Positions 1-13,656 are shown, counted from the first letter of the stretch. The stretch is 64,000 nt of DNA from Coraliomargaritaceae bacterium (GCA_965656495.1 CBFHKU010000006.1:32001-96000); one strand, 5' to 3'. Notes: a model not told the origin generated them from the sequence alone. Program-made: numbers and translations.

Positions 1-2214
1 CTCGGGATCCGCACTTAGGTTTTCTGCGGAGATCGCTTCCTGCTCTTCGCTGATTTTGGTAAGGAATTCCTGAGTGGGGTAGTTGTTTTCGCGGAGCGCC
101 TCAAAGGTATCGTTGAGTTCCTTGGCGTAGGCTTCGTCTTCGATTTTGCGAGCGACTCGTTTAGCGAGGTTGATGGAGATGGCCTTTTGTTCGTAACGTT
201 CCTTCCGCCAAGCGATTTGTTTCTTGAGGAAGTCGAATTCTTCAAGGGTTTCCTGTCGTTGTTCGCTCGCTTGACCGAGGCGTTCGAAGATGGCGGGGTC
301 GTCGGCGCTGACAACGCCGAGGCTTGCCCAGTCCATATCAGAATCAAGGGCAGGGATTTGGTTCCAGGGGAGGGCGTGCGGCAGGTCGGATTCGCCGATG
401 GGCAGGAATTCGTTGCTGGAGGGCAGGGCAATGTGTGAGGGCACGCCCTTGAGTTGGGTGGAGGTGCCTCCGGGCAGGTAGAATTGCTTGATGGTTATTT
501 TGCTGGCAACGGGTCGGGTGGTCGAGGTGGGTTGGTTAAATTGCGGTAGGAAGCTGAAGAGCGGACGGCTGTTCATGTGGTAGACTTCCTGCACGGTTCC
601 TTTTCCGTGAGTAGAGGAGTTGCCGATTATGAGGGCTCGCCGGTGGTCGCGCAACGCACCCGCGACAATCTCAGAGGCAGAGGCGCTGAAGCGCGAGGTG
701 AGGACTGCAAGGGGGCCATCCCAAAGGAGGCGCGGGTCGTTGTCCGGCAAAACGTCAATACGACCGGTTTTGTCGCGCACCTGAACGACCGGGCCGGTGG
801 GGATAAAGAGTCCCGCAACGCGAACCGCTTCGGTGAGCAGGCCGCCGCCGTTATTGCGGAGATCCAGAATAATGCCCTCCACACCACCGTCTTTCAATTT
901 GTTGAGTAGTTCCGCGATATCGGCAGAGGATGTGGTGAGATTGTCACCCAGTCCGATATTGCCGTAGAAGGAGGGGAGTTGGATAACGCCAATTTTGCGC
1001 ACCTGATCCGCGCCGGTGGGTACTTCGATTAATTGAGCGGTGGCGAGATTGGCGGTGAGTTTGACTTCCCCGCGGACGATCGAGACCACTTTGCGCACCG
1101 AGGGGTCGGTATCGGCGGGATGAATGAGGAGGCGTACGGTGGTGCCTTTTTCGCCTTTGATTTTACGGACAACATACCGGAGTTGCATATCGATGATGTC
1201 CTCAAATTCACCGTCATCCCCTTGGGCAACGCCAAGGATTTCATCGCCAGCCTCAAGTTTGCGGGAGGCCTCTGCCGGGCCGCCCGGAAGGATGTCTTTT
1301 ATGGTGCAAATCCCGTCCTCATCCTGCAGGAGGGCACCGATTCCGACAAAGGAGTTTTGCACCGAGGAGTTGAAATTTTCAAGGGTATCGGCAGATAGAA
1401 ATGAGGAGTGCGGGTCAAAGAGTTGTGTCATGGAGTTGACGTAGGCTTCCTGAACTTCGGCGGCTTCACGTTTTTGGATGAGCCCGAGGCGTCGCTCGTA
1501 ACGGCGGTGAATTTTCGCTTTTGCCTGCTCAAGCATATCGGCATAATGCGCGGGGTCGTTGAGGAGGCGCAGCACTTTTTCCGGATCAAAGCTCTCCTCG
1601 GCGTCGTCTTCATCGAGAGTTATCTCATGCGTCAGTTGTTGCAATTCACGGGAATCCAGTTTCTCAAGGTCGCTTTCAGAGGCGAGGGAAAGCATTTCGT
1701 TGAGGAGTTCGTATTTGATTCGCCGTTCCCAAAGGGCATCTGCCTCCTTGGTGTCGGTGGGCCAAGGGGCATCCTCGCGGTCGGTGTAGAAACTTTCATC
1801 GATGCTGAAGTCGAGGTCGCTTTCCAGACGTTCATAAATCCATTGGGTGCGGGCCTCCATGTTTTGGCGGAAGGCTCTGAATATTTCAAAGGCGGCGTAG
1901 AGGTTGCCTTTTTGAAGAAAGGCTTCCATCGCGTCGGCAAATCGGAAGTGAAATTCGTCCAGTTCGCTTTGGAGAAAATACATCCGGCTGTAGTCAAAAC
2001 TTTTGACATAGGCGTCGATGATTTCACGCCCATCGAGTTCGCCGATGGTATCGCGGAGGTAGTGGCGATTGTTGATGGTATTGACGACCCAGCGGGTTTG
2101 CTCGCTCATTTCAGTGCTTGGAGCGAGAGGGGTTTCCGAAGCGGTGACGAGGAGGGGAAGGATGCTGAGCGCCGCGGTGGCAAGGCTCCGGTTTAAGGAT
2201 AAGAAGGCTTTCAT
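1..2214 (-). CDS. prc: Carboxy-terminal processing (tail-specific) protease, S41 family; 3' end runs off the window
   Basis: Hand-translated (absent from ORF track, no stop in window): ATG 2214 [20 protein letters not shown] signal peptide; motifs [51 protein letters not shown]. Confidence 0.9.
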   Translation of the reverse strand, partial: MKAFLSLNRSLATAALSILPLLVTASETPLAPSTEMSEQTRWVVNTINNRHYLRDTIGELDGREIIDAYVKSFDYSRMYFLQSELDEFHFRFADAMEAFLQKGNLYAAFEIFRAFRQNMEARTQWIYERLESDLDFSIDESFYTDREDAPWPTDTKEADALWERRIKYELLNEMLSLASESDLEKLDSRELQQLTHEITLDEDDAEESFDPEKVLRLLNDPAHYADMLEQAKAKIHRRYERRLGLIQKREAAEVQEAYVNSMTQLFDPHSSFLSADTLENFNSSVQNSFVGIGALLQDEDGICTIKDILPGGPAEASRKLEAGDEILGVAQGDDGEFEDIIDMQLRYVVRKIKGEKGTTVRLLIHPADTDPSVRKVVSIVRGEVKLTANLATAQLIEVPTGADQVRKIGVIQLPSFYGNIGLGDNLTTSSADIAELLNKLKDGGVEGIILDLRNNGGGLLTEAVRVAGLFIPTGPVVQVRDKTGRIDVLPDNDPRLLWDGPLAVLTSRFSASASEIVAGALRDHRRALIIGNSSTHGKGTVQEVYHMNSRPLFSFLPQFNQPTSTTRPVASKITIKQFYLPGGTSTQLKGVPSHIALPSSNEFLPIGESDLPHALPWNQIPALDSDMDWASLGVVSADDPAIFERLGQASEQRQETLEEFDFLKKQIAWRKERYEQKAISINLAKRVARKIEDEAYAKELNDTFEALRENNYPTQEFLTKISEEQEAISAENLSADPE

Positions 2215-2244
2215 GTGGTGAGCGAGTGGTTGAGTTGTGGTGCG

Positions 2245-3144
2245 CTAGGAGAGGTCTTGGTGGGCGCGCTGTAGGGTTTCTTTTTCCTTATCGTTAAGGG
2301 CATTGAATCCGTGCGCGCTGATTTTATCGAGGATGCGGTCCACTTCTGGCGTGGTTTTTTGAGCAGAGGGGCGATTGACGGTGTATTTTGCGGCAGCTTT
2401 ATTTTTGCGGCGGGTGAACCATTTTGGTAATTCGATTCCGGCGTTATTTGAAGCAGGCCCTGAAAATTTCAACTTGTCGGCATAACGGTAGTAGAGAAAA
2501 CCAAAGAGGATTCCGCCCAAGTGCGCGGAGTGCGCAATTCCCGGACCCGCCTTGCCGAGTTCAAGAAAGAGGAGGCCAAAAATCGAGAATGCGAAGGCGA
2601 TCCTCAGGAGATATTTGGGCTTGATGGAAACGGGAATGACGAAAAATAGGAGCAGGGTGATGGTATGTTCCGGGTGGCGCAGACAGAAGAGGGCAACGAG
2701 GGCTGAAACGGAGGCAGACGCGCCGATGACCACTACCGGAGAGTTGTAGTGAAAGATGAGATAAAGGAGGCCGCCGCTGAGGGCCCCGCCGAGATAAAGG
2801 ATGAGGAAGGGTTTCTGACCGAGTTGTGGCTCGAGGATGCGCCCCAGAAAGAAGAGGCCGGCCATGTTGCCGATGATGTGCAGGATATTGTTGAGGCTGT
2901 GCAGGAAGCCGTAACTGAGGAGGGTCCAGACCTTGAGCTCCTGAAAATGAAGCCCACTGAGCGCAAACCATTCGTTGAAGAAATTCTGAGTGAGACCGGT
3001 ACCTCGGGCTCCGGGGAAGAAAACATGCAGGAGGTGTTGCAGGACAAAGACCACCAGGGTTCCGATCAAGAGGGTGTTGGTGACGCGGTGCGGTGATTTT
3101 TCAGGCTCGCGGGGCGTCCGCATGTATGGTCGGTCGTAAATCAT
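2245..3144 (-). CDS. Rhomboid family intramembrane serine protease with C-terminal helical domain
   Basis: HIIGNM, GASA catalytic Ser, AHLGG catalytic His; C-terminal EVDRILDKISAHG. Confidence 0.9.
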   Translation of the reverse strand: MIYDRPYMRTPREPEKSPHRVTNTLLIGTLVVFVLQHLLHVFFPGARGTGLTQNFFNEWFALSGLHFQELKVWTLLSYGFLHSLNNILHIIGNMAGLFFLGRILEPQLGQKPFLILYLGGALSGGLLYLIFHYNSPVVVIGASASVSALVALFCLRHPEHTITLLLFFVIPVSIKPKYLLRIAFAFSIFGLLFLELGKAGPGIAHSAHLGGILFGFLYYRYADKLKFSGPASNNAGIELPKWFTRRKNKAAAKYTVNRPSAQKTTPEVDRILDKISAHGFNALNDKEKETLQRAHQDLS

Positions 3145-3259
3145 TGGAAGGAAGTTATAGCTTAAAAGCGGTGTTTGCCAAGTAGCGAGACCCTAATGCT
3201 TGCCATGAGGTTCCTTTCTTCCCGCTTGACTTGGTGCTTTTCTGTGTAGCATTTAAGGT

Positions 3260-3496
3260 ATGGCAGAAAAAGATGAAAAATGGCCTGAAAATATAAAAGG
3301 CAAATTCTACGTGGACGAGCAATGCATCGACTGTGATCTGTGCCGCGAAACCGCGCCGGACAACTTCATGCGTTACGAGGATGGTGGCTATTCCTATGTG
3401 TACAAGCAGCCGGAATCGGAGGCGGAAGCAGCGCTCTGCCAGGAGGCCCTGGAGGGCTGCCCGGTGGAGGCTATCGGAGAAGACGGCGAGGACTAG
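3260..3496 (+). CDS. Ferredoxin (single 4Fe-4S cluster)
   Basis: CIDCDLC...CPVEAI, acidic 78 aa. Confidence 0.92.
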   Translation: MAEKDEKWPENIKGKFYVDEQCIDCDLCRETAPDNFMRYEDGGYSYVYKQPESEAEAALCQEALEGCPVEAIGEDGED

Positions 3497-5034
3497 GCCT
3501 CGATTGCGTCTTCCAGGATCTTGAAGAGCTCGTCTTCGCTGACGCGGCGCTGCTCGCAGGTATCGCGATCGCGGAGGGTGACGGTGCCGTCTTTCTCGAT
3601 GGTATCGAAATCGATCGTAATCCCGAAGGGGGTCCCGATTTCATCCTGACGCCGGTAACGACGCCCGATAGCACCGGAGGCGTCGTAGAAGACGTTCCAG
3701 CGGCGTTGGAGTTTGCGGTAGAGCGCCTCGGCGCGTTCAACGAGTTCCGGTTTGTTTTTGAGGAGGGGGAAGACCGCGGCCTTGTAGGGCGCAATGCGTG
3801 GGCTGAACTTCAAGAGGGTCCGTTTTTCGGTTTTGCCTTTATCGTTTGGAACTTCGTCCTCGCAATAAGCGGCAGTCAGGACCGCGAGGAGGGTGCGGTC
3901 CACGCCGAGGGAGGGTTCAATCACGTGAGGGACAAATTTTTCTTTGGAAGCCTCGTCAAAGAACTCCATGGATTTCCCGGAGAATTGCTGATGTTGCTTG
4001 AGGTCGTAGTCCGAACGGCAGGCGATTCCCCAGAGTTCCTGTTCGCCGTGGGGGAAATGGAACATGAGGTCGGTGGTGGCCTGTGAATAAAAGGCGAGTT
4101 TGTCCTCGGGGTGGATATCCTCGGTGATGGATTCGCGGGGCAGGCCGATCGCAACGAGCCACTCGATACAGGTGTCCAACCATTCGCGGTGGAGGCTGCG
4201 CCAATCGGCGGAGGGCGCGATGAAATATTCGATTTCCATTTGCTCGAACTCGCGGGAACGGAAGATGAAATTGCGCGGGGTGATCTCGTTGCGGAAGGCT
4301 TTGCCGATTTGGGCAATGCCGAAGGGGAGTTTGACGCGGCCGGTATCAACGACGTTTTTGTAATTGGCAAAGATTCCCTGCGCGGTCTCGGGTCGGAGGT
4401 AAGCGGTGGCAGAATCGTCTGCGAGGGGGCCGACTTTGGTTTCAAACATGAGTTTGAATTCGCGCGGTTCGGTAAGGGTGCCGGGCTCGGAGGCCTCGGG
4501 CCCGATGGTTTGGGCGCGTTCGGCTTCGGTGCTCTCGGTGAACTCCCGGGCTTGATCTGCGAGGGCGGCTTCGTCGATCGTCGCGGTTTTATCGCCCGCG
4601 CGGTCACGAATTTTTTTTGCGAGCTTGAGGCATTCGGCGGAGTCGGTGCCTTCCATGAAGGCGATGAAACCGGCGGGGATTCCATTGAGCAAGACCGGTG
4701 CGTAAAAGAGCTGGTCGGCGCGGTAGCGGCTTTTGGATTCACGGCAATCCACCATGGGGTCCGAGAAGCCATCGACGTGGCCGGAAGCCTGCCAAATGCG
4801 GGGGTGCATAATGATGCTGGAATCAAGGCCGACAACGTCATCGCGTTGTTGGACAAAATGGCGCCACCAGGCTTGCTTGATGTTGTTGCGGAGTTCAACG
4901 CCAAGGGGGCCGTAATCGAAAAATCCGTTGTAGCCGCCGTAGATTTCGGACGATGGGAAGATGAACCCGCGTCGTTTGCAAAGACCGACGAGTTCGTCCA
5001 TGAGGGCGGTATTGGCAGCAGCTGGAGCGTTCAT
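3493..5034 (-). CDS. glyQS: Glycine--tRNA ligase, alpha2 type
   Basis: YDYGPLG-like motif, [45 protein letters not shown]. Confidence 0.97.
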   Translation of the reverse strand: MNAPAAANTALMDELVGLCKRRGFIFPSSEIYGGYNGFFDYGPLGVELRNNIKQAWWRHFVQQRDDVVGLDSSIIMHPRIWQASGHVDGFSDPMVDCRESKSRYRADQLFYAPVLLNGIPAGFIAFMEGTDSAECLKLAKKIRDRAGDKTATIDEAALADQAREFTESTEAERAQTIGPEASEPGTLTEPREFKLMFETKVGPLADDSATAYLRPETAQGIFANYKNVVDTGRVKLPFGIAQIGKAFRNEITPRNFIFRSREFEQMEIEYFIAPSADWRSLHREWLDTCIEWLVAIGLPRESITEDIHPEDKLAFYSQATTDLMFHFPHGEQELWGIACRSDYDLKQHQQFSGKSMEFFDEASKEKFVPHVIEPSLGVDRTLLAVLTAAYCEDEVPNDKGKTEKRTLLKFSPRIAPYKAAVFPLLKNKPELVERAEALYRKLQRRWNVFYDASGAIGRRYRRQDEIGTPFGITIDFDTIEKDGTVTLRDRDTCEQRRVSEDELFKILEDAIEA

Positions 5035-5114
5035 AGGCGCTTGAAAGAAGCATCGTGTGCGGGAACGGTCAAGAATAGGTTGCAGGGCAGGGTGGAATAC
5101 TCAAGCTGGCGTTC

Positions 5115-5828
5115 ATGAGCAAGGCGGTGACAAAACCGGGTAAATCGGGCGCAATCCATGATCTGAGTATTTGGCAGCGGGCTTTGTTGCGTGTGCTGGT
5201 GGGGGTGATGCGCCTTTGGGCGTCGACTTTGCGCCTGCAGGTTCCGGCGGAATGCCACACTTTTTTGGAGGCCTTAAAGGAGCGCCCCGGCTTGGTGGTT
5301 TTATGGCACAATCGCTTGTTTATGGGGCCGGATCTCTTGCACCGATACGGGCTCAAGGGTGAGATGGCGGCCTTGGTGAGTGCGAGCGGGGATGGTGCCT
5401 ACATGAGTGCGGTGCTGGAACTTTTTGGCATTGCGCCGGTGCGGGGCTCACGCAACCGACGGGGTCGGGAGGCGTTGCTGGAATTAGTAACGGCGCGACA
5501 GGCGGGGAAGAGTATTCTGATAACACCGGACGGCTCGCGTGGGCCGGTCTATGTAATGAAGCCCGGGGCGGCAGTGCTGGCGCGGGAGACAGAATCTGAC
5601 GTCTATCTGCTATCAATCAACTTCCGCCGCGCCTGGCGTTTGCGCAGCTGGGATCGTTTTTACCTCCCGAAACCATTCAGCCAGGCGGAAATGCGGGTGC
5701 AGTGCGTGCCTGCGATGGAATTGACGGCGGCGACCAGTTGTGAGGCCGCCACCGAGATGCTGGAGGGTGCTTTAAATGACCTTACCGAAGATGCGATTCT
5801 GGGTAAGGGTGCAGACGCTGAGTCTTAG
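5115..5828 (+). CDS. DUF374/LpxJ-like lysophospholipid acyltransferase family protein
   Basis: LWHNRL, VSASGDG, VRGS, ITPDGSRGP, LRSWDRF motifs. Confidence 0.8.
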   Translation: MSKAVTKPGKSGAIHDLSIWQRALLRVLVGVMRLWASTLRLQVPAECHTFLEALKERPGLVVLWHNRLFMGPDLLHRYGLKGEMAALVSASGDGAYMSAVLELFGIAPVRGSRNRRGREALLELVTARQAGKSILITPDGSRGPVYVMKPGAAVLARETESDVYLLSINFRRAWRLRSWDRFYLPKPFSQAEMRVQCVPAMELTAATSCEAATEMLEGALNDLTEDAILGKGADAES

Positions 5829-6296
5829 CTACCAAGCAAAGGTCGGTGAACTGATCGACTCCTTCCCTGCGGCAATCTTGAGGTTGCTGCCTTCAGACCA
5901 CAGTTCATCGTTGATGAGGAATTTGAATTCGATCTGCTTTGCAGGATAGTGCGTCGTGAAGCTCCACTCGTAGGGGGAAATGTTTTCCATGAGGATGCCG
6001 TGCTCCCAATCGAGTCCGCCGTTTTCGCCGCGAATGTAGAGTTGGTTGCCGAAGCCGACATCAACACGGGCAATGATGCGGGTCATGGTCAGCTTCTTTG
6101 CGGCGGTTTTTTTGACGACTTTCTTGGCAACCTTTTTCGCGGGAGCCTTTTTGGTGGCCTTCTTTTTAACGGGTGCTTTTTTAGCGGGAGCTTTCTTCAC
6201 CGGCGCTTTCTTTGCGGGAACTTTTTTTGTTACAGCCTTTTTCGCGGGCGCTTTCTTGGTGGCGACCTTCTTGGTGGTTTTCTTTTTAATTGGCAT
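5829..6296 (-). CDS. Lys/Ala-rich histone H1-like protein with C-terminal beta-sandwich (CBM20-like) domain
   Basis: Repeated KKAPA/KKVA N-half; DVGFGNQLYIRG...LDW...EFKFLIND.LWSEG C-half. Confidence 0.75.
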   Translation of the reverse strand: MPIKKKTTKKVATKKAPAKKAVTKKVPAKKAPVKKAPAKKAPVKKKATKKAPAKKVAKKVVKKTAAKKLTMTRIIARVDVGFGNQLYIRGENGGLDWEHGILMENISPYEWSFTTHYPAKQIEFKFLINDELWSEGSNLKIAAGKESISSPTFAW

Positions 6297-6408
6297 AATG
6301 ATAGTCCTTTCTGATGCAGTTGCGTTGAACAGAAGAAATACTGAATAGCATATTATGAGCCAAAACAGGAGCTTATAATCATCCTGATTGTATCAAATAA
6401 TAGTAAAT

Positions 6409-7047
6409 TCAATCGCCCCTTAGCAAATAGATCACCTCGTTTGCGAGATTTTTGGCGTGATCGCCGATGCGCTCGATTGACTTGGAGATCAAGACCGCGT
6501 CGAAACGAGAGGCATCGGAAAGCTGCTGCTGCATGGACTCGGCGGTCAGGGTTTCGTAATGGTGCTTGTTGAGGGCGTCAATTTCCTGATCCATCTTAAT
6601 CACGGCCTCCGCTTTTTCGATATCCTCCTCAACGAAGCAGGTGATGGCGTCATGCAATAGATTGCAACTGAGGCGACTCATTTCCCTGAATTTAAGGGGT
6701 TCGCTGAGGCGGCCTTCACGGATAAGGATGTCGCGGGCTTTCCGTGCAATGGTGTGGGCTTCATCGCCGACCCGCTCAAAATCGTGACTCGCTTTGAGGG
6801 CGACCAGAATGAGGCGGGCGTCGGTTGTGACAGGAGAGCGCAGGCTGATGTAGCGCATACAGGCATGCCCGATTTCTTTCTCCAGATCGTCGATGGCATC
6901 ATCCAGCGCGAGGACGCGGTCTGCCATTTCGAGGTCACCCTTCAGGAGGCTTTCAACCGAGAGCCGGGCGGCGTCATTGGATTTCTCGCCAAGGAGGGTG
7001 AGCTTGTTTCTTAGTTCTTGAAGTTCGTCGTGAAAATAGCGCTGCAT
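6409..7047 (-). CDS. phoU: Phosphate signalling complex protein PhoU
   Basis: Two PhoU repeats (DDAIDDLE...FERVGD; DQEID...IERIGDHAKN); last gene of pst operon. Confidence 0.95.
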   Translation of the reverse strand: MQRYFHDELQELRNKLTLLGEKSNDAARLSVESLLKGDLEMADRVLALDDAIDDLEKEIGHACMRYISLRSPVTTDARLILVALKASHDFERVGDEAHTIARKARDILIREGRLSEPLKFREMSRLSCNLLHDAITCFVEEDIEKAEAVIKMDQEIDALNKHHYETLTAESMQQQLSDASRFDAVLISKSIERIGDHAKNLANEVIYLLRGD

Positions 7048-7078
7048 AGTCTTTGCTTTAAAAAATTTCTATTGGGAT

Positions 7079-7888
7079 TTATCCAAAACGCCCGGAGACG
7101 TAGGCTTCGGTCTTTGGGTTTTCAGGATTCATGAAAATTTGTTCGGTGGGCCCATACTCAATGAGTTTGCCTAAATAGAAGAAGGCGGTGCGGTCTGAGA
7201 GCCGGGCGGCTTGTTGCATATTATGGGTTACGATTACTATGGTATATTCTTTTTTGAGTCCATGAATAAGTTCCTCGACTTTGGCGGTGGCGACCGGGTC
7301 CAGGGCGGAACAGGGTTCATCCATCAGGATAATCTTTGGTTTAACGGCGAGGGCGCGGGCGATGCAAAGGCGTTGTTGTTGCCCCCCTGACATCCCGAGC
7401 GCACTGTCACCGAGGCGATCCTTGACTTCGTCCCAAAGCGCTGCGCCGCGCAGGCAGCGTTCCACCACTTCATCGAGTTCGCTTTTGCGCTTGATGCCCT
7501 GAATGCGGAGACCGTAGGCGATGTTGTCATAGATCGACTTGGGGAAGGGGTTGGATTTTTGAAAGACCATCCCGACGTGTTTGCGTAGTTCGATGACGTC
7601 GACATCGCGTTTGTAGATATCGATATCGCTGATTTTGATTTGCCCACCGAGGATGCGGGTGTTGTCGATGAGGTCGTTCATCCGGTTGAAGCAGCGGAGG
7701 AAGGTGGACTTGCCGCAACCCGAAGGGCCGATGAGGGCGGTCACTTCTTTTTTATTGATATCCATTGAGATATCGAAGAGCGCCTGAGTGGAGCCGTAGG
7801 CAAAACTGAAATCGCGGGTTTCAATAATTGCTTTTGCCTTTGGGGCAGGGTTGGGCTTTGGGCTTTCGGGTTGGATTGCGAGGTTCAT
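7079..7888 (-). CDS. pstB: Phosphate ABC transporter ATPase
   Basis: [45 protein letters not shown]; start chosen at ATG 7888. Confidence 0.96.
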   Translation of the reverse strand: MNLAIQPESPKPNPAPKAKAIIETRDFSFAYGSTQALFDISMDINKKEVTALIGPSGCGKSTFLRCFNRMNDLIDNTRILGGQIKISDIDIYKRDVDVIELRKHVGMVFQKSNPFPKSIYDNIAYGLRIQGIKRKSELDEVVERCLRGAALWDEVKDRLGDSALGMSGGQQQRLCIARALAVKPKIILMDEPCSALDPVATAKVEELIHGLKKEYTIVIVTHNMQQAARLSDRTAFFYLGKLIEYGPTEQIFMNPENPKTEAYVSGRFG

Positions 7889-7926
7889 GTTATGGACGGT
7901 TGAAATATTACGGGAGGGCTCTTGGT

Positions 7927-9129
7927 TTACCATTTATATTTGGAGCGAACGCGGATGCGTAGGAGAATGCTGCTGAGGGCAAAGAAGCCTACAATGAAAA
8001 GGAAGACGAAGGCGGTGCCGTATTGCATGTCGCGGGTGTATTCGTTTTGGGGGATCTTGGAACTGACGACATAAATATGATAGGGGAGCGCCATGACGCC
8101 CTGGAAGAAGAAATCGGTGGGTTGTTCGAGGCCTTCCCAGGGGAGCTGGTCGCGCAGGGCGTAGGCGGCGGTAAACATGATGGGGGCGGTTTCGCCGGCG
8201 ACGCGCGCGATGCCCATGATCGAGGAGGTTAGGATTCCCGGCAGGGCGTAGGGCAGGACATTGGTGCGGATGGAGGTCCATTTGGTTGCCCCGAGCGCGA
8301 GGGAGCCTTCGCGGAAGCCGCGCGGGATGGCGCGCATGGATTCCTCGCTGGCGGCGATGATGACGGGGAGTGCCATGATCGCGAGGGTAAACCAGCCCGC
8401 AATCATGGAGACGCCCCAGCCAAAGAAGAGGACGAACATACCAAAGCCGAATAGCCCGAAGACAATGGAGGGCACCCCGGAGAGATTGAGAATCGAGAGG
8501 CGGATCGCCTGCAGGGTTTTGCCGGGGCGACTGTATTCGCTGAGATAGATGGCGCAGAGGAGGCCGAGGCTCAAGGCGATGGCGATGGAGCCGAGCACCA
8601 GCAGGCAGGTTCCAATGATGGCGGGGCCGATTCCGCCGCCGCTGTAGGCATAGGTTTGGTGTTTAAACTGAGAAAGGTCAGGCGTTTGGGCGAGGGCACG
8701 GTATTCGTCGTCGCTATACTTGAGCCGTTCCGCTTTGCGCTGGGCGTCCCATGTCTCTATTTCTGCCTGAAGTTTACTTATATCTTCGGTGTAACCGGTC
8801 CGTTGCTCGGTGTCATTGCTTCCGAGTGCCTTGCGCTTTGTTTCCAATTGCAGGATTTGGATGCGGCGTTTCTGGATTTCGTTGTAAGGCTCAAGGGGCT
8901 CAAAGACATGCAGGGTTTGCGGTTTTTCGGTGAGGAACTGGGTGTTGATGAAGGGTGCCTTGCTTTGAAAGAGGGCCTTCGAACCGTTCGCGGCGATATC
9001 TATAAAGATATAGGCTGCCGCAAGGATGACGCAATAGGTCATCAAGCGGAAGAGATTTGCCACGATTACCTCGATGGTTTTCTTCCGGGAGGAGCGTATT
9101 GCGAAGCGGTGTAATTTGGGTTTTGCCAT
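7927..9129 (-). CDS. pstA: Phosphate ABC transporter permease PstA with helical insertion
   Basis: [38 protein letters not shown]. Confidence 0.93.
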   Translation of the reverse strand: MAKPKLHRFAIRSSRKKTIEVIVANLFRLMTYCVILAAAYIFIDIAANGSKALFQSKAPFINTQFLTEKPQTLHVFEPLEPYNEIQKRRIQILQLETKRKALGSNDTEQRTGYTEDISKLQAEIETWDAQRKAERLKYSDDEYRALAQTPDLSQFKHQTYAYSGGGIGPAIIGTCLLVLGSIAIALSLGLLCAIYLSEYSRPGKTLQAIRLSILNLSGVPSIVFGLFGFGMFVLFFGWGVSMIAGWFTLAIMALPVIIAASEESMRAIPRGFREGSLALGATKWTSIRTNVLPYALPGILTSSIMGIARVAGETAPIMFTAAYALRDQLPWEGLEQPTDFFFQGVMALPYHIYVVSSKIPQNEYTRDMQYGTAFVFLFIVGFFALSSILLRIRVRSKYKW

Positions 9130-9146
9130 GCTCGATTCAAGAGGGG

Positions 9147-10955
<1,809 letters not shown>

Positions 10956-11081
10956 GGGCGTGCGGTGGAGGCGCTTTGAGCCTTTGGGAATGATTTCATA
11001 GCCGGATGGTTTCGGTCGTCGGGTTTGCGTTGGAGAATCCGTTTAAAGGATATGCATGTCTTCGCGCCTCAAGCCAAGCAA

Positions 11082-11117
11082 ACAAGCGGCGCAGAATTGA
11101 ATTTATGCGCCGCTTGT
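11082..11117. promoter_or_regulatory. Stem-loop between pstS and pstC (likely pstS mRNA stabiliser or attenuator)
   Basis: ACAAGCGGCGCA-loop-TGCGCCGCTTGT 12-bp perfect stem. Confidence 0.55.
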
Positions 11118-11135
11118 CGTGGGAAAGGTTTTTGT

Positions 11136-11966
11136 TTAGTAAATTGGGAGAAAGTGCACCTGGCTCACAATAGCCTGACCTTCGGGGCTCATGGTGAAGC
11201 CGATAAAGTCATTGGCATTGGCGCTCAGGGCAGCATTGCCGTCGATCAGATAATAGAGTGGGCGAGCCAAGGGGTAATCTGACGCGTCGGGGTTGATGCC
11301 TTCGACCGGCAGAACTTTAATGCCGGGGGTATTGATGTAGGCGAGACCCACATAACCAATTCCATAGGGGTTTTTGGCTACTTCCGACGCGATCTGCTCA
11401 TTGCCCGCCATTTTTTGGGTTTCTGGACCGTAGTCGCGGGAATGCATGCCCATCTTTTGGAAGACCGCGTAGGTTCCGGAGGAAGTATTGCGGGTGTAGG
11501 CGGAGATCGTGCCGGCCTCCATCGAGATTGCGGACCAGTCCGTTACGTCACCGGAAAAGATCAGCTCGATTTCTTCGAGGCTAATGGATTCAAGAGGGTT
11601 GGCCTCATTCACAATGATAGCGATACCGTCTTTGCCCACCGTCAAGGCTTTCATATCGACGCCCTTCGTTTTGGCTTGGGCGATTTCCTTTTCCTTGGGA
11701 TCGCGGGAGGACATGCCGATTTCTGCGGTTGCATCAATGACGGAGGCGACCCCGGTAGAGGAACCCTCGGCGGCGATTTCAAAGGCGATTTCGCGTCCCT
11801 GCGCCTTGAGCTTGGCTTTGAATGCCTCTGCCAGTTGCGGCACCATCTTGGCGCCCAAAGTGTCGGAACCTTTTATGACGAGATTCTCCATAGCGGGGAG
11901 CGAGCCCGCAGTTAGAAAGGCTAATGCGATAAGTTTGAACTTATTCATGACAGTGCTGGTTTTCAT
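11136..11966 (-). CDS. pstS: Phosphate ABC transporter substrate-binding protein
   Basis: [33 protein letters not shown]; signal peptide. Confidence 0.93.
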   Translation of the reverse strand: MKTSTVMNKFKLIALAFLTAGSLPAMENLVIKGSDTLGAKMVPQLAEAFKAKLKAQGREIAFEIAAEGSSTGVASVIDATAEIGMSSRDPKEKEIAQAKTKGVDMKALTVGKDGIAIIVNEANPLESISLEEIELIFSGDVTDWSAISMEAGTISAYTRNTSSGTYAVFQKMGMHSRDYGPETQKMAGNEQIASEVAKNPYGIGYVGLAYINTPGIKVLPVEGINPDASDYPLARPLYYLIDGNAALSANANDFIGFTMSPEGQAIVSQVHFLPIY

Positions 11967-12061
11967 TTCTATTTTTATTGTGATTGTGTCAGGTGACGGG
12001 TTGATGGCAGCAGTATCAGGTAATGCCCATAAAATAGTTTTAGAATGTTGGGTTATTGTGG

Positions 12062-12075
12062 CTTTTTTGTTACAG
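12062..12075 (-). promoter_or_regulatory. Pho-box-like site upstream of pstS
   Basis: Minus strand CTGTAACAAAAAAG followed by CCACAAT, 11-bp periodic half-sites. Confidence 0.6.
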
Positions 12076-12324
12076 TAAGGTGAAGTTTGCCGAATTTAAC
12101 CCCTGATAATTTTCCAATTTGCCCCAAATTTAGAACTAAAAATGGGGTAGCGCATCGATTTGCCGCGAAACTATCACGACGCTGAAAAAAGACGGTAAGC
12201 TTCATATGAAGTTTTGCCACATGAGCTGATTGGGATCATGATTCATTCAATATGTTTAAGAAAATAGCATGAATTGGCGATATAACGCATTTTAATGTTA
12301 CGAAAAAGGCGCTAATTAACGTTT

Positions 12325-12357
12325 CTGTAACAAAAAAGAGCACTTATTTGTCACAAT
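12325..12357 (+). promoter_or_regulatory. Pho-box-like site upstream of phosphate porin
   Basis: CTGTAACAAAAAAG...TTTGTCACAAT; first 14 nt identical to the pstS-side site. Confidence 0.6.
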
Positions 12358-12410
12358 CTAGGGTTAAATGTTGAATTGCTGCGAGCCGCAGCAGCTAACC
12401 ACCATCAACT

Positions 12411-13589
12411 ATGAAACAAATAATACATATAATCTTTGGCATAATGACTTTTACATTGGCGTCTTATGCCTCAAGCAATGATGCCCTCCTTGAGCTACTT
12501 GTTAAGAAAGGAGTCCTCACCGATCAGGAGGCCGGTGCCGTCCGCGAGGAGCTACGGGCCGAAAAGGCTTTTGTGGTCAAGGCGAAGGGCAAGGAAACCG
12601 TGGAGCTTGTTTTCAGCGGTCGTTTGCAGGGGCAATTCGATAGCCTCTCTATGACCGGCAAGCCCGGAACCTCGCACTTCTATTTCCGCCGGCTATTTTT
12701 TGGTGCCAAAGCCAACCTTCAGAACGGCTTCTTCGCGGAGGCGGTGCTCGACCTCGCCCGCGACGGTGACGCCGGCGGTGATTACGGCGTTAATCTCGAT
12801 AAAGCAGTCGCGGGGTACAAGTTGCATCCCGCGCTCACCGGAATCATCGGTTACCAGAAAGTGCCCTTTGGTTTTGAGGAAACGGCGTCCTCCGCCAAGA
12901 TTCCCACCATCGAGCGCTCCGTCGCTAATCGTTTCTTTGCCGATGATATTGATTTCTCGGCCCGCCACGCGGGTTTTCACTTTAAGGGTGATTTGGGCGC
13001 GGGTATGAGCTACGCTGCCGCAGTGGTGAATGCCGCTCAAGGCGAGGGATCCCGCTTGCTGGGTAGCGCTGAGACCTGCAACGACCTCGCCGCATTCGGG
13101 CGCCTCCAATGGATGGGGGATGGCTTAACACTTGGGGTTGACGGCGGCTTTCAACCGAATAACGCCAAGCTTAGTCCGGTCAGCAATGCCGTAAAAGCGG
13201 TCACGGGCTACGTGAATTACAAGGCTCAGGGTTGGAACTTATTAGGCGAATATTTCTATGGTGACATGGAGGAAGCCGGCGATGCCAAGGGCTATGCCCT
13301 ACGCGCCTCCTATCGCAATGGAAAGTTCGAGCCCGTGATCCGCTACTCCCATCTCGAAAATTCCAAATTCCAAATCGACAGCGACGAGTTGATCCGCCGT
13401 GCCCCGAAAGGCGGTACCCTCAGCGGTGAGGATAACTCCATCGATTCATACTACGCGGGCCTCAACTATCACCATAACGAGGCCGTCCAGATCATGCTGG
13501 GGTATGAGAACGCCACCGCCCAAAACGATTCCAATACTCCGGATGTCGATATCGACGGTTTCCGTGCCCGCGTGCAAGTCCTTTGGTAG
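12411..13589 (+). CDS. Phosphate-selective porin (OprO/OprP-like)
   Basis: Signal peptide, LLELLVKKGVLT N-domain, FYFRRLFFG, GYQKVPFGFE, IERS, C-terminal VQVLW; divergent from pstS. Confidence 0.82.
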   Translation: MKQIIHIIFGIMTFTLASYASSNDALLELLVKKGVLTDQEAGAVREELRAEKAFVVKAKGKETVELVFSGRLQGQFDSLSMTGKPGTSHFYFRRLFFGAKANLQNGFFAEAVLDLARDGDAGGDYGVNLDKAVAGYKLHPALTGIIGYQKVPFGFEETASSAKIPTIERSVANRFFADDIDFSARHAGFHFKGDLGAGMSYAAAVVNAAQGEGSRLLGSAETCNDLAAFGRLQWMGDGLTLGVDGGFQPNNAKLSPVSNAVKAVTGYVNYKAQGWNLLGEYFYGDMEEAGDAKGYALRASYRNGKFEPVIRYSHLENSKFQIDSDELIRRAPKGGTLSGEDNSIDSYYAGLNYHHNEAVQIMLGYENATAQNDSNTPDVDIDGFRARVQVLW

Positions 13590-13618
13590 TTCATAATAAA
13601 TAGGATAAAACGACAAAA

Positions 13619-13656
13619 CCCGGCCCGGAGCATCCTGGATGCTCCGGGCTTTTTTG
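13619..13656 (+). terminator. Rho-independent terminator after porin
   Basis: GCCCGGAGCATCC-T-GGATGCTCCGGGC followed by T-run. Confidence 0.8.
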
